Assembly: GCA_977030845.1 (NCBI GenBank)
Contig: OZ365115.1
Span: 5,704,001 to 5,768,000, forward strand
DNA: 64,000 nucleotides
Source: Fimbriosthenelais zetlandica
Lineage: Eukaryota
Direction: 5' to 3'
This document shows positions 13,123 to 27,802 of the stretch, piece by piece (position 1 is the first letter of the stretch; the number at the start of each line of letters is the position of its first letter). Position numbers and translations under genes: made by a program. Under the pieces are notes generated by a model. It ran no database searches. It was not told the origin of the DNA and was given only the letters and a program-made list of their open reading frames with translations.

Positions 13123-15412
13123 TACAAGCAAACCATTCAGGCAAGCACACCAGCTGGTAGAAAGCTTCACAGGGGGTCAAAAGCTAGGACATATACGCAG
13201 TTCAAAACACCCCCTCCTCACGATTGCCCACTGGTCAGTTACAAGCTGTGGTTCAGGGTGAAATCTTCACTAGTTAACTGACACGACTAAAGAAGTTTAT
13301 TAAACGATCTTTGAGTGACGTGATAATGATTATTATGTATTAAATAATTCCCCCGCCCCCGGCTTCTTTCTTTTCCATTTGGATCATAGGAAGCCCCGAT
13401 GGGCGACAGAAATGGCTCCTACATTTTGAGGTGTAGCTGGAGCCATGATTTATGGTCTTTATGCTAATTTTCCCCATTTAAGACTCATCTCATGACCGGA
13501 TAAAATTCTCACCATATGATTCTCTCAAACTGTAGGCTTTGGGCATAGGATGACTCCTTCCAACTTTTATTCCTCTCAAGTCTCAACAAATAATGGTGGA
13601 GGACACTTAGCTATACACTGCAAATATAAAGTACAGGAGGGTCCTGTAAAATTTACTGGACTTAGTAGTAGTTATTTTAACTCCTTAACGGGATCATTTT
13701 CCTTGTCTTGTAAATTACGACCAGCCTAGGGTCGGTCACCTATCTAATACAGCAGCGGATACACCCCTCCACTCATTAAGTACTGTCTTTACCAGCTCTC
13801 AGACTGTAAATGAGATCCCACCAGTTGTAGGATAACTGGGACCTCTTCCACTCCAGTGACCCGGGTCCAATACGGGAGGATATCGAGCAGTCAGTCTCAA
13901 GGTCCAATGCAATTTTAATGTTTCCACCTCTGACCTTTCACTGGTCTGAATAACAATACCGACCAACCAGGCTGCGTGGGAGAAAATAGAACGAGGTTAG
14001 GGACACCGTCTGTGACAGAACAAGATCATTCACTCAGACTGACGCAATCGCTTTCCAGTTGCTCTCACCATCCCACCCAGCCTCTCCATTCAGATACTAC
14101 TAGAATTAACTCGTATCGCAAAGCCTCTCTCAATACCGTTTGAGTCAACATCAATTACCGTGGACTAACTAGCCTTTGTCATCGATCACGTAAAGTCAGT
14201 TTTATCCATGAGCGTTTGATGTTGGTGTAATTGGTTTTGGTAGAGGGGAGGAGATAAAGAGATGATGCTGGCTGGACATTGACGTGGAAGGAATCGTCAT
14301 TTTTTATCCTGCTGCCTTCTGTAAATGAGTGGCTTTGACTTGGTGTGCTCTCTGAGGGGCAGGATCCACTGAGAGCTATGTAAAACAGGTGTTCTCAAAT
14401 TTTACATAAAACTACAGCTTGAGATGTTAGAACATCTAGACTAGCTAGACTATAGTACAAAGAGAGAGGCCAATTTTCTGGCCTCTGGAGTGTGCGAAAT
14501 ATTACATGACAGGTACTAAAGGTATACATTTAACTCCCTTAATCACAGCTCCCGTAAAAGGCTGATTAATTTGTGTGAAATGCATTAGAGCGTTCATTAG
14601 GCTCGGCAACTGTTTCATTGTTTTAACATCCATAATGCATGATAATAATGTTGCCTGATTTACTAGGGAGGCCATGCTGTAATTGCATGATACTACTGCA
14701 GGAGATTTCCAGGGATGTCCCTGGGACATCCCAGAGTGCTCCCCTCCCAGGATTACAAAAAAATGAGGGGCTCGGGGAATAGCCTAACATCACAAATACC
14801 AGGAACTGACAGCCACAGAGTTAGACACGGAGGATTGATCTCCAGATCTGTGGACGGGAGGAAATCCGGGGTTATCATGAATCCCTAAAAATGAAAACCA
14901 ATTTTAAAGTCCCTAAAAGTCTGTAACTTGTGTCCTCACCAAATGTGATTTGTTGATTTTATATGACCTTTCTTTTGCAAGAACCTGGTAGTAGTGAATC
15001 AATGTATTATGTGTCAATTAACAGCCCTTAAAACATACTTAAATATCTGCCAGTGAGAGAAAACTCTCGGGTGAAAATGGGACACCTTCTGCGAGACCAG
15101 TTTAAAATAATTGGGAATTAGGGCCTAGAGGTTGATCAGGGACATAAGCTTGGATATGAGAGAGGGATCTCTTTGTTGCACTGAGTGCAGAAAGCTTAAT
15201 CCTGATGAGGATTTAGGATGAGAAGAAAGCCTAACTGTAGTGAAGAAGGCGAGAAGAGGTTCTTGTTAGGATAATCCTTCAGCTCATAACAGTCTGCACC
15301 AGGGGATCTCTCAGTATCATTCCATTTTCCTCTGAATCTTTTCCATGGATATTTTGCATAAGCCGTCTTAGTTTCTCCATGCAGAGGTCTTCTTAAATGA
15401 TTAATTACCCAC

Positions 15413-15551
15413 CTTGCAAAGCCAAAGTCACGAAAACCTGCGAGAATTAGGGTCATGGCAATGTACCGGTACCAATCATGCAGTACATTATCCGGGCAGG
15501 ATTGATTATAAAAATGGCCCAGCTGGATAAAATCACAGTCTTCATCTGAAG
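15413..15551 (-). CDS. Candidate internal exon, unknown product
   Basis: Long pyrimidine tract ending TTTTAAG|, open frame SDEDCDFIQLGHFYNQSCPDNVLHDWYRYIAMTLILAGFRDFGFA, donor AAG|GTGGGT (phase 1 to 2). No family recognised. Confidence 0.25.
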
Positions 15552-17668
15552 CTTAAAACTATAAAAGAAACCCCCAAAAAGAAAAAAGAAAAGCAGTTAA
15601 TGGAAATCACATGAGTAGGACTGAAGTTCCATTTACTGTCCTTTGAGGGGAGGAAGGGGCACTCTTCTGAAAGAGTCAGCAAAGCTTTGCGACTTTAATC
15701 TTTTCATTGCCGGTAAATCAAGCTTGCAGACATAGCACAGCACTGTTAAGAAGCAATGTACTTTTTTGACGTTATGTGGGAAAGCCTGTTCAGTGTCCAG
15801 TGGCTAGGGCAGGTGGATCACTCGGCAAATTGTGCTTGCACTGATTCACCCAGTGGCCCTCTCATTGGATCGCTTACTGTGAATCCGTCTAATTGAGTTC
15901 ACCCGCCTCTGTTACTCTCCTTGACACTGAGCCAGCCCTGAGGCCAGATTTCTGCCCAGCTATGGTGGCATACTTTAAGCAGCCCAGTGCTCCAGGAACC
16001 TGCAATTCCAGACAATGATAGGTTTTTATTTCCATATTATCCCAATGTCATCTCCATAGTTCTTTCCCAAATAAATGCCTCTGGCAATAAGGCCATAAGG
16101 TAAGCAATTTCAGATAAGAGCGTGGCTTTTCTGGGGTTATTTATGTGTGCATAAAATGCAGTTTTTCTTTTATTTGCTTACCATATTGCATAGGAGGTAC
16201 TCCAGATGAAAAATACTTCTTGCTGAAAGAAACTAACTTTACAAGACATTTTTGCTGAAAGAAGCTACACACACTTTAAAAACATAACTCCAGGGGAGGA
16301 GGAATAATGGAAATGGGTATTAAATTTGTGTATATATTCGATATTTTTATACGGGGAACTGTATAGAAAAACTCAAGAATTATAAGTGTCCAACTCTGGC
16401 AATTTTTTTCGAGGATGAGAGATTTGGAGTGTGATGGTGTAATGTGAGCCTGCCACTGCAGACATAAAACTCTGGGCTTTTCGGATATGATTGTCAGTCT
16501 GGCTATGATTTATCACGCCTCTCCCGGCCAGAGAGAGGATAGAAGGAGGAAGAGGAGGGATAGAAGAGCTCCATCATATCACACAGGCAGATGTTCTCCC
16601 ATCTATCTATGTAACAAAGAAGGCACTGTCATAAAGGTTTGGCCAGGCCAAGCCCCTTCCCCCTCTTCCTCCCACTCCCAAACTCAACCCTGATTCCGCG
16701 CCAGGCCCCCTCTGTAGCTTCTGAAGACTTGAGGCTGCCTTTTGGGGAGCATCTCTGACAAGTCAATTGGTGTCAGAGCTATCACATACATCAAAAGCTG
16801 CTTCCTCCCAAGGCACTTTTTGAGACTTTTCATTCCCAGGTAATTGATGTTGTGAATTTAGCCAATTACGATTAGAGTGCCTCTCGTAGAATTATATTGT
16901 CAAGTTTTCAGGAAGTGAACTTCTTTCAGTGAACTTCAGGCTATCGACTTTTATTGTCCAATTGAGGCCTATTTTATCAAATCTATGCAATACATATAGA
17001 TTCTAGAACATTTGAAGTATTTTCTGCTGTTAGAAGTCATCTGGGATCAGCATGGTAGAGGTTGTTTCTATGTCATTCATTGCTTCTTTTAGGACCTAGT
17101 TAATCTGATGATTAAAACGACCATTAGCAGAATTACAATAGAGCCAGGAGTAACTGGGCTGGACAGTGAGATGTGTGTCCACCTCACACAACCCTGGCCA
17201 GGGACAAACAAGGAGTGACACTTCCAGGAAGCCATACCTCCAGGGCTTAATGCTTAATCCCGCCAGTAAATCGGGCAGGGCAAAATTAGTGTCCACCTCG
17301 TCCTTGAAATATGAGCTCTTACAAGTGCCGCCAGGCTCAGGCTGCTAGCCTCCTAAATTAAATAGAAGAGCTCATCCAGACCCCGCAAGATGGTAGCTTC
17401 TTTATGCCAAGGTTTCTTTTGATGAGGTCAGTGTTGAATGGGAGTAATTAAATCTATGAACTGACAGATTGCTAGGTGTTAATTAGATACCTAGTGAAAG
17501 TAATGATTCTCTTGAATTAATGTGAAGTGGGGACAGGACAGGCTGTATCCTGAGTTCAGTCTGCTTGTTGGTTATAGGAGTAGTTGAAATGATCTTGGCA
17601 GTAATTACTGCCATTACATTGGAATGTCTGCAGTGCTTCACAATCCCTCAGCAGAAACAAGGTGGAAT

Positions 17669-17864
17669 GTCGTACTCCACTGCTGAGACAAAGCTGATGT
17701 CTTCTTCGAAATAAAATGTATATTGTCGAAGCGTCAAGGGCCTTATATATTATAATATAATATAGAATATTAAAAATGCCACTGAAATGTTTTTCATTGC
17801 ATCACAAACGCCACCTTTGTCGCAGTAACGTCGCAAGCAAAATTGTAGCAGTGAATTCCTACCT
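17669..17864. mobile_element. PIF/Harbinger-like MITE, copy 3
   Basis: Left arm GTACTCCACTGCTG (with deletion), right arm CCTTTGTCGCAGTAACGTCGCAAGCAAAATTGTAGCAGTG...CT|TAA. AT-rich insertion at the central CCTTA. Confidence 0.7.
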
Positions 17865-19736
17865 TAACAAGGGACTGTTGGAAGCAATCATTTGGCTCGA
17901 TTTATGAGCAATACCCAAAGTAATTATTACAGCAATGATTAAGCAGTCTAATCAATTACATAAAACTGTACGCCAATGATGCACTGGACCATGAGATGAA
18001 TATATAAGATAGGTCAGAATTTGTCAATGCTATCATGTCCCATATTCACCCCATAATACATTACAAGACTGCTACTATCGGACTCGTGCTTAATTAGTCC
18101 ATATATTACATAATGACACATCTGGGCTGATAGATAATCTATTTAAACCTATCTATTAATCAGACATAGGCTAATTCCCCATTTCTTTCCCAAATGAAAT
18201 CTATTTGTGGAATTCAAGTAACTGAGTAAAATATATGAGGCAACATAAAAAAGCTCTCCACGACTCATTTCACATTGCCATTGTCAAAGGCATGAGCGTG
18301 GCCCATCATTGTATAGACGAACATCTGGATGAGTGGCTGAGAGGTCTCGGAAAGGAAACAAGACTTTCCTTTAAATGAATTAACGCCTGTCTCATACAAA
18401 GGTCTGGCAGGAGGCTATGTCAGACTGCTGAGTGGCTCCTGCATTTGGCTGAGTCTGTGTTTAGGAGATCGATCCCCATTGTTGGTGATATGCGTAATGC
18501 GTGCAGGTCCAGCTAATGCAAACAGGGGCGAGGAATTAAGACAAGCCTTCCATTGCACACGCGAGCATAGATGTACACAGCTTACCCTGGCTTTGAATGA
18601 GGATCTGCACTTAGTCCAATATAGCTGTACTGATAGGTATTGAACAGAATATCAATGTCTTTATGGAGCCATGTCTGGTAGTGTCCTCTACATTGATAGT
18701 TCCTAACACTGTTTCCTGTTGCATCAGTAAGAAAATTCTGGAGACTGAGGAGGGTATGTGGGCAGTTGTGAAGGCAGTATGGGCTCATGGAGTCATTGAT
18801 GTTAAGTGAAATCAATAAAGACTTCAAATGATGGGCCTCTCAAAAGGTTTGAGGGTATTTAACTTAGAAAGCATCACAGGTTCAAAAACGTTTTCCCAGC
18901 TCGGAGTTTCTTGTCTCAAATTATGCAGCTCGCCCCGCATGGCACCCTTGCTTTGTCACTAACTTCATGAATGACTTCAGTCTAATTCTATAGCGACAGG
19001 AGCTGGGACACAAAGCCTCAAATTTAAACTTAGAAAAAGTATGGACACTTCTCGGTAAGGCCTGATGTGGCACAATATATAACAAAAAAACCTTCTTTTT
19101 GATGGTGCTGTCCCATCACATCTTCCAAATAGAAGAAATGGGCCTCACTGGAGTCACAAACTGTCAGATAGCGGATGAGAGACAAGCGCTGTAGCTTCAG
19201 ACACGAGACCCATGCTAGCCATTAGGTGACCATACATGTAGAAGGGCTTCCCCTGGAGGGCTGAGGGCCCCTGAGGAAATACGAGACACCATGAGGTCAT
19301 TTACAGCCAGTACCACCGCCTCGCCGCCTCATGAAAAGTAGCACTTTACATTGTGACTCCCTACAAGTGGAAAGTTCATTCAGGGAGAATAATGCCTGAA
19401 CTGGGAATATGCCAGAATATTCCTAAAACAAAAATGTAATGTTAAACCATATGAGTGCTCTTCATCCCACAGGTATTCATGAGAAAAGAAATGTAAATTT
19501 TGTTGCAGTGAACCAGAAATAAATCTTCTGCAAAACAAAATATTTTCAGAGGCAAAACTGTCATGTGCTGTTGCTGCAGGCTCTATCGCAATGAAACACT
19601 CCGTAGGGAATAGGTTAACATACAAAAACATCTTTCACTGATAACAATTTGAACAATGGAAACATCCACACTGAAACCTACTTTGGCAACTATTTTGCAG
19701 CAAGAGGTCTTTCAGATATTTCACAAGTGTGAGTTA

Positions 19737-19929
19737 AGCTGGAACTCCACCGCTGCGATTTTACGTGCAACACAACTGCAACAAAGGTGATGCTTGAAAA
19801 ATGCATCAGTGCAGGACAGCCTTAAGGCCTTGAACACTTCGTCGACTCTTTATAACTTTTATTGCGACATTAGCATTGCTTTTATCACGGTAGTGTTGCA
19901 AGGATAATGGCAGCCGTGGAGTCCTGGCT
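19737..19929. mobile_element. PIF/Harbinger-like MITE, copy 4 (inverted relative to copy 1)
   Basis: TTA|AGCTGGAACTCCACCGCTG ... CAGCCGTGGAGTCCTGGCT|TTA gives an identical 3-bp TTA TSD (TWA is typical of PIF/Harbinger). The interior matches the reverse complement of copy 1. Confidence 0.75.
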
Positions 19930-21394
19930 TTAGAGACATTTCTCTTGTCTGATATCACATGAGACAAGACAGGCCGAGCAGCTGCGTGTGACTACTCACC
20001 CTGCCTGTCCTCAGTAATATCCAAATGGGCAGGAGGAACATATAAAAGGTCAATAGATTGATGGTCGTGTTTGGAACAGGCCTGGCAAGTAGTCCGATAC
20101 AAACTGCGATGCTGGTGTAAGATATGACAACCTTACATGACAACTACTTGACCCAGTGCTACCAAGCTTCAACCAATGGCCGTGATAAATGGCTTGCTGG
20201 GCATTCTCCTTGTAAATGTCGCCTACAATGCCTCATACACATTATACAACTGAGTGTGATAAGGGATTGTTTAATTTTACACGTTATTGACAATCTAGAT
20301 TACTGCACACGTAGAGCTATGTACGTGTTTGATCGCATGCTTATCTGAGGCTGATGACTCGAGCTCCTAAAGAAAATATCGGGGATTGGATAGTGGATCA
20401 TAGCAAATACATGTCATACTGAAGAATTTTTTATTTCCTTAGAACATGTACATATCATCAACTGATCCATTGTGGACTTATTTATCCATGTTTGGCCAGA
20501 CATGGAACTATTCACTATTATTTCCAATAGTGGCAACATGCAAAATCCCAATCTTGCATGTCTGGCATTTAAATTCTTTTTTCTCAGTGTGCATGGTGAT
20601 TTATTGCCATGTTAACAGCCATGGAATTTTATTTAAGGAGCAAATAAAATTACAAATACACACTGGGAAGGGTGGGGAGTCATGGGAGACCTGAGAGATT
20701 CGGGGCCTGGATCCACAATATAAATTATTGCAGCGATGGTTAAAAAAAAAAGTCAGTGGCTTCCAAAAGAAGTAGCTCAGAGGAAGGATCAGTGCCAATG
20801 GTACCAGTGAATACCCTCATATTACATAGATCTCAAACTTCCCCAGCTTCGAGATCACTGTCACAAGACCCAGAAGGTCAAGAAACTCATTCTGAAGAGT
20901 CCATAAATAAAGTCAGTTCATTACCGATGCAACAGACGCTGGTTTTTCCAGGATAAAGCCAGGGGAGATAAATCAACTTAATATCGCCATGATGAAATGG
21001 AAATTCCCACAGACTCTCATATTCCATTTGAAAACAGCGAGAAGAATGGTGCATTGAGATCTTTTTCACCGAAGCCTCCTGAGACCTTACAAAGTCACTG
21101 CCGCACACTACTAGGCTAACCCTCAGGCAATATTTTATCTTTTATATCTTTTCCGAGCAAAGGATTTGTACTGTTTATTCCTGATGGTTATATATCAATT
21201 TTATTAACGTGAAACTATATTCCACATCCTTGGATAGTTTATAATTATTGTTTATGTACTGACAAGTTCATGTTATATTATGGTCCTCATGACCTATGTT
21301 TAAATGCAGGTATGATGCCAAATTGGTTTTACTTAAGAGGCCCCCTTCTTCTCTTTGCCTTCCTGCAGTCAGAGTAGGACTTCAAGAATCTTAG

Positions 21395-21662
21395 TGGATA
21401 TCTTTAATGACCTGGCACACTAATTGGGCATACCCACAGGGATCTTTGGCTTGTGATTCTTGTAGTGATTCTTACAAGTGGAGCTTGTCTATAAGCCCCG
21501 TCCCTCCACTTCTGCGGAGGACACGCATACAAACTTTGAATGAATTGCAAGTCATTAGTATCAAATGGATATCTCTAATTAGCTGGTATTCTAATAAAGT
21601 ACCCAGCAGGGTGCATTGCCTTGCGATTCTTGCAGTGATTCTTGCAAGTGGAGCTTGTCTAC
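21395..21662. repeat. Diverged direct repeat, period about 170 bp
   Basis: TGGATATCTYTAAT at 21395 and 21566. GATTCTTGYAGTGATTCTTRCAAGTGGAGCTTGTCTA ends at about 21491 and 21661. Confidence 0.85.
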
Positions 21663-24600
21663 AATACAACTGCAAGATTGGTGGTCTCAAATGGTACGTG
21701 TAAAGAAAAAGCTTTTGAAAGGGTCTGATTTTCAAGGCAGGAACAAACATTGGTAAGCTATACCCACTTGAATTCTGTGTTCCCCTCCTGGCCCACAGAA
21801 ACCCTCATCAAGGATAGTAAGACTTTCTTCTATCAATCACCACAGTAAAACACCTTTGATTACTAACCCCCAGCATTTTAGCTCGCATGATCTGGCAACT
21901 TACATAGATAAACCCGCACCTACTCTAGCAGTGTGACCAAACAAGGCAGCAGCTGTGGGCAGATTGAATGATGGTCCAATCACATGTACTGAAGCAGGCA
22001 GCAGCCTGAACAGGCCCAAGCTCATTGATAAAGGACTGGCCTTCAATGACATGCCAACGACACAATGCCATGTCCACCGCCTATTTCACTATTTTGATAT
22101 GGCAAGGTCTTACAGATTTGGCAACTTGCTCAAACAGATTCTAAAAGCCAGTGGAACAAATGGTAACTACAGACAATTATTGTCTCAGAAGCTGGAAAAA
22201 TGTCATTGAATTAGAAGTCTTGAATTGGAGTCCCATAGTAACTCTGAGCGAGGTAGAATTCCGATGCTATTTGATGCATTCTTGTACAGAAGAATTCAGC
22301 CTACATTACTTTCTACGGTGTTCTGCTACATAAATGGCCAATGTTGATGAGCCTATAATACACGTGTCTATTTTCAAATTCGCTAATATCAAGTTTGTTG
22401 GCAATATGTTAACAGCCCTGTATACCATTCAATGTTCCACGGAATTCTGCTCAAACTCTATTATATTTTTTTAATTGATGCCATTCCAACAAGTACATCA
22501 TTTCAGAAATTTTTATCTTATCTCAGATTAAATGTTTCTACTGCTTTTAATATGGTCCCAGAATTCTCTGAGATGAAATGAAATCAGTAATATTAATAGT
22601 AAAAACACAAAACTTCTGAGAAAATCAAAACAATCACGTGTCTTTTTGGATGTCCCTGATAAGAAAATGAACTGTCTCGCTTATCATGCCTTTTTAGAAA
22701 GTTCTGGAAATCCACAATCCTGAATCCCAGGCGACTTTACAGCTACAAAGAGCCCTTCCCACTGACCTGTCCCTTCTTTCTAACATCAGGAGATAAGAAT
22801 CTTTTATTTTCTTGGGCCTCCATTGAGGCTGAGTGGCTCCCACAAGCCCTCCGTGTCTCCGTGTAGAAACCCTGGCCGGCAAATGTCAGGCTTTGTTTGA
22901 AGCAGCGGAATAATGAAACGTAAGGTAAAACTCCCGCCTGGCTCAGAAGGCAATTTCACACTGAACCATTCCCACAGTCAAACATGTGATTTATAACCAA
23001 AAAAAATCAACAGAGGCTCATGACAAATCTGTATAAATGAGTACATGAGTAAATGATTAAATTTCAAGGAGGAGCGATTACATATGTGACGTGTTTACCA
23101 ATGACCCAAGGCGTAAAGGAGTGAAGACCTGCCTCCATTTAGTATTGAATCAATGTGGAATTTCGTTTGAATGCCAAGAGAGAACAGAGGACAACAGTTC
23201 CTTTTGATGGCTGTTGTTTCTAGGTTGCTGGCCTTTGGTTACTTTGACTACTTACAAAGTATGTTGAACATTATCTACTCCCTGCATTACCTGGCCCTGT
23301 GTGGGCACGATCTAAGATAAACGACAACAGATGTTTGGTCCTTGGATCAAAGGTGTTGAAGACAAACAGAGGATGGTAAATTATCCTTTGTCTCTTCCAC
23401 AAAGTGATGCTATTAATGCATGAACAAAGAGTGAATATTACTCTGAAAATGTCTAGATTTGGTCCAAAAATACTTTCGTTCAAAAATTCTTTCGTTCATA
23501 TAGGCTAAACTCAATTATTTAAAGGAAAAGATCGGGAGTACTTAGGGCAATTAAAAAATGAATCAATCTTTGAGCTGTTGAAATTGTTCAGTTTGTATGG
23601 AATTTTATAGATTCATTGTTGATTCCCTGTATGCCCTTAATGCATTTCTCCAACTGCATCTCCTTATGCCTACGACTAACAAGTTTTAAAAAATCAGACT
23701 AACAAAAAGAAGTCGGGTTGGATTTCATAAATGCTGCTTTCTCTGTGACAAAAGTAATCAGTTTTGTCTCCTTGCGAAAAAAAAAATTCTCGAGATGAAG
23801 ATGGTGGCGTCTCTGAGAGATGAGGTATAGGACCTGCATCCATGATGTATAAATAGAAGGTCTATCCTCACGTAGGCTTCTGCATATATATATCAACAAA
23901 GGCTGAGAAAGAACCGAGTGGTATTCTTTATCCAGTGCACTAATAAATGGCATGTCTCATAGCAAAAGCGTTATCTCCCGAGAACTGCCTTCATGTGTTG
24001 CGCTGCATAATTACTGTGAAAATGGACATGATCCTTTTCTTTAAAAAAAAATCTCATGATACATGCCATCATTATTGTGAAATACTACAGCAAGATGTAA
24101 CGCTATACATACAGACACGAGTATAATATTGTGCCATTGTTTCAATGAATGAACGTGGGAGTGGATTTGAAAGATCAAAGATATTTTAATTAAAGAACTG
24201 CCATTAAAGAGCTGAAGGGTAGCTTCATGTTGGAGGACTTCATATATCCCTGCATTCATCACGTGATTACTGTGGGGAAGAATGTACATCCCATAATTTA
24301 AAAACACGTTCATTTCCACCATTCCTTCTCTCTATAGATATAGCCCAGGGGCTGTTCATTAGTAAGATTAATATTAATACCGTTCTAGTTATATAATACC
24401 GTGAGATCATTAAGTTATACTGTTATTAACTCCTGTGACATTATAGACCGACAAATCAATATTTCAATAGTGCCATTTTGATTAAAATTCAAAGATTTTA
24501 ATCTCCCCAGCACCTTTAAGTAAGCAGTGAGGAAAAGGAAGCAGGGAAGTGATCCCCTTTGATGGTATTCATGAACTAAGACTCAATATATAGAATGATC

Positions 24601-25387
24601 TCCATCTCATTAGGTCTACCTCAGCTCCTTTTTCTGAACATACACTGTATGTAGAAAGGCGTTAGATGATAGGCCAATAGTATTGTATATATGTGTATGG
24701 ATAAACGAAAGGTAGCCCCCTTCGTTTTGAAAGGTTATTGAGGGAAGTGTTACCCCTTAACCTTACTCATTAGATTATCATTGATATATATAGCCCCAGG
24801 GACAGAGTATGTTTCCTGACGCATGTCTGTGGAAAATAATGAACCCGTTTTATAGTGCAGACATTTAGCTAACAGCACGCTTTCATATTAATGAATCTAA
24901 CTGGAGCCTGTTATCGTTCTAAAGTGATAAAATTACTCCCTGATGGATTTTAAATGTCATGTATGTATGCTATGCTGCATGAGTTGTATTATGCAAATTG
25001 TGTCAAGCAATAGTTTAGACCCCTTCTAGTGCTGGGAGAAAAGCTACAATATGATTATATTAAATCTTTTGTCGGTTAATATAGGGAATTTGGACAATGG
25101 TCCGATCGCAAGATCTCCCGACAAATCTGATAAAACAGCTTCCAATGAAATCTCAGTACGTTTTATAACATGTTTTTATCAGACTCACTTCCATATCAGA
25201 GGCTTTGTTAGTCATATAACTTCTTAATGAATATTATTTAAGACAGTATTCCTGTTAGTGCACCTGACCAACCTCTATTCTAAAGACTTTTTTTCAAATA
25301 AACAAAAGGACATTCCATCCATCACCATTTATTCTGTTCGTGCGATAGACAACATGCATGCCTCAGCCATTGTAAAATGCTAGTCAG

Positions 25388-25544
25388 GTGAATTCAGAAA
25401 GTTGTTGGGAAACTAAATACGACCACTTCAAGAGCAGAGACAAGCCATTAGTTAGTAATGGCATGCAACAAGAACTGACTGCCGAGGAAAATAATTGGCA
25501 GATGTATTGACAGAAATTCAATGAACAAGCATTTTGGACTGATG
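25388..25544 (+). pseudogene. Exon-like segment with one in-frame TGA
   Basis: CAG|GTG start, reading VNSESCWETKYDHFKSRDKPLVSNGMQQELTAEENNWQMY*QKFNEQAFWTD, then donor G|GTAATT. TGA at 25508-25510. The acceptor is weak and no family is recognised. Confidence 0.25.
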
Positions 25545-26880
25545 GTAATTCCAAACCTGCTGACAGGCATTCAATTATTCCAGTGTTTTAGTATAAAACC
25601 TGAAATCCTGAGTCAATCAGTGGGGACCTGGCTGCAAATTTCTCAATAATTTACCATTGATGTTTCCAGACTATTGCCATCATTAAAGGTCATTATAATA
25701 CTGTGAAGGGTTGAAGCTTCCATCACATCCATGAACTGGGTCTTGTTTTCAGAAACACTTTTTACATTAATAATTTTCTGCCGATTAAAATGTATTATTA
25801 TTGAATGCTGTACATTGACATTATATATAAGCGCATTGCACGTTTTGAATGTGAAATGTGAAAATCAGATTGCAATCTGTCGGATATAAGTCTAGGTGGA
25901 TGTGTTTTAATGCTCCCGTTAACTTCAACATGGAAAGAAATAGTCCCCAGCAGATAGAACAACGTCTCAAGGCACACATATGCACAGATCTCTGGAATGA
26001 GATTATTCCTTAATTTAGTTTATACTAATGCCAGGATGTGAATAAAACGTTGTGAGACATTTAGAAGCATACATTCAATTAATTAATGTAGACAGTGCAC
26101 CATATATATATCAACAAACATGGATGTGAAATAGGTAATAACTGACAAGTACAATTTGATGTATCAAGCTGTTGATACACTGAAGGACTAGAGTCAAAAG
26201 GACGTCTCTATGATTTAGTAAAAATAAAAGGGAATATCTAAATATGCAATGGCACATTCCTTACTTCCACTGCCATTCGAGAGGTCCTCAGAAAGATTAT
26301 CACATCCTTTTCTTGTCCTTGCGTCGACACAGTCAATTTGGAGGAATTGCAGGAATTTGAAAACCCTCAATTCCATCCTCGCGAATATCGATTTTAAAAT
26401 GGCCCATCCTAATCTCATATTAGAGTTCTGTCGTTCACTATTTTGTCATTCACAAGATCAGAGAAACCTCAACCACAAATATTGTTCTAGAATCTGGTGG
26501 TTTTAAGGATTGATAATTAAGGCATATTACATTTGTCAGAGTAGATGTAATTTGCTTCTCCTTCCCTTATCAGGCATTTACAAAGTTGTGAACTTTTGGA
26601 AATAATTAGGTAATGGATCTAGGCACTTCCCCGCAGTTTAATCTAATTTCGATTTCGATTTAAATTCAAATTTCAATATGGTAGTTGCTCTCTAGTCAGA
26701 TGATAATCATATAAGGGTTGATGTAAACCTTCTAAACCAGAGAAATTGAATTTCGATAGAAAAATCTTTGGAAAGAATCAGTCTTGCTTACATTCATGTC
26801 CTATAATCAAATCTGATTCTGTTTCACTTCAGTATATTTTTCTTTCGATTTTGCCTTTAATGATTCAAAGTATGTGAAAC

Positions 26881-27005
26881 AGTGGAAAGTATGTTAACAA
26901 AAACAGTAGAGTGGCAAGTAGGTTAACAAAAACAGTAGAGTGGCAAGTATGTTAACAAAAACAGTAGACTGGAAAGAAGGTTAACAAAAACAGTGGCAAG
27001 TAGAG
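26881..27005. repeat. 29-bp minisatellite, about 4 copies
   Basis: AGTGGMAAGTAKGTTAACAAAAACAGTAG at 26881, 26910, 26939 and a degenerate copy at 26968, with no spacers. Confidence 0.95.
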
Positions 27006-27802
27006 GGTAAAACATTGCCCCAAAACGGTGGTATTTTGGTGGTAATTATTATCCCGATTTTGTCACTGTTTGTGCCCTGCAAAAACTGTGTCCCACTCTA
27101 CATGTAGCTGTTGGGATTTATAGCAGTGTAGAGCAGTGAAATCTTCCTGCATGGTGCACTCAGTGTGACCACATTTCTGTATATATTCCAAGATGAAAGT
27201 GGATATCATTTAGGGGCAGATGGAATAGGGATACTGGCATAGGATGACCTAACGAATTACCATGGGTGAGAAGCTGTGAAAACACATTAACACATTCCGG
27301 ATGGAACTTGTTCATGAAAGGGTGGAGAGTGAGAAAGGTATAGAATATAGAGCACGGGGGAGTGCCACATGGGAGCAGAACAGTCCATGCAATCTGTGGA
27401 TGTGTAAGTTCTAAATGGGAGAAATGCAGCTGAAATTTTAATGTATGAATGGAAATCAGAGTGAGAAAAAAACATATTATGTGTTATATGAGAAAAAAAG
27501 AGAGTGGTAGGGGAACAAAGGCAACACAGGAACGTCAGTTTAAATAGTCAGCGACAATCAGTTTAGAGAATAATTTGCATTTGACAGAAAGATATTTGAG
27601 TCAAAAGTGGGCAAGGGGATGACATCTGAAAAAGGGTCGTTCCTGTGATTGGCAAGAAAATAGAAGCAATGGATGAAAAAAAGAAAAAAAAAGAAAAAGA
27701 AGGAAGAGGAGTGGAGGGCCCACCCCACCCACAGCTAACCCTCTTTTGATCAATCCTTGTTGTCATGTAGTAACAGGGAGCATCACTTAGTTTGCCTTTC
27801 AG

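Noticed and set aside
12877-13281. 134-aa Gly-rich ORF
   Set aside because: Produced by G homopolymers in the tandem duplication.
26881-27005. CRISPR-like appearance of a 29-bp repeat
   Set aside because: Units are directly adjacent with no unique spacers, there are no cas genes, and the context is eukaryotic.
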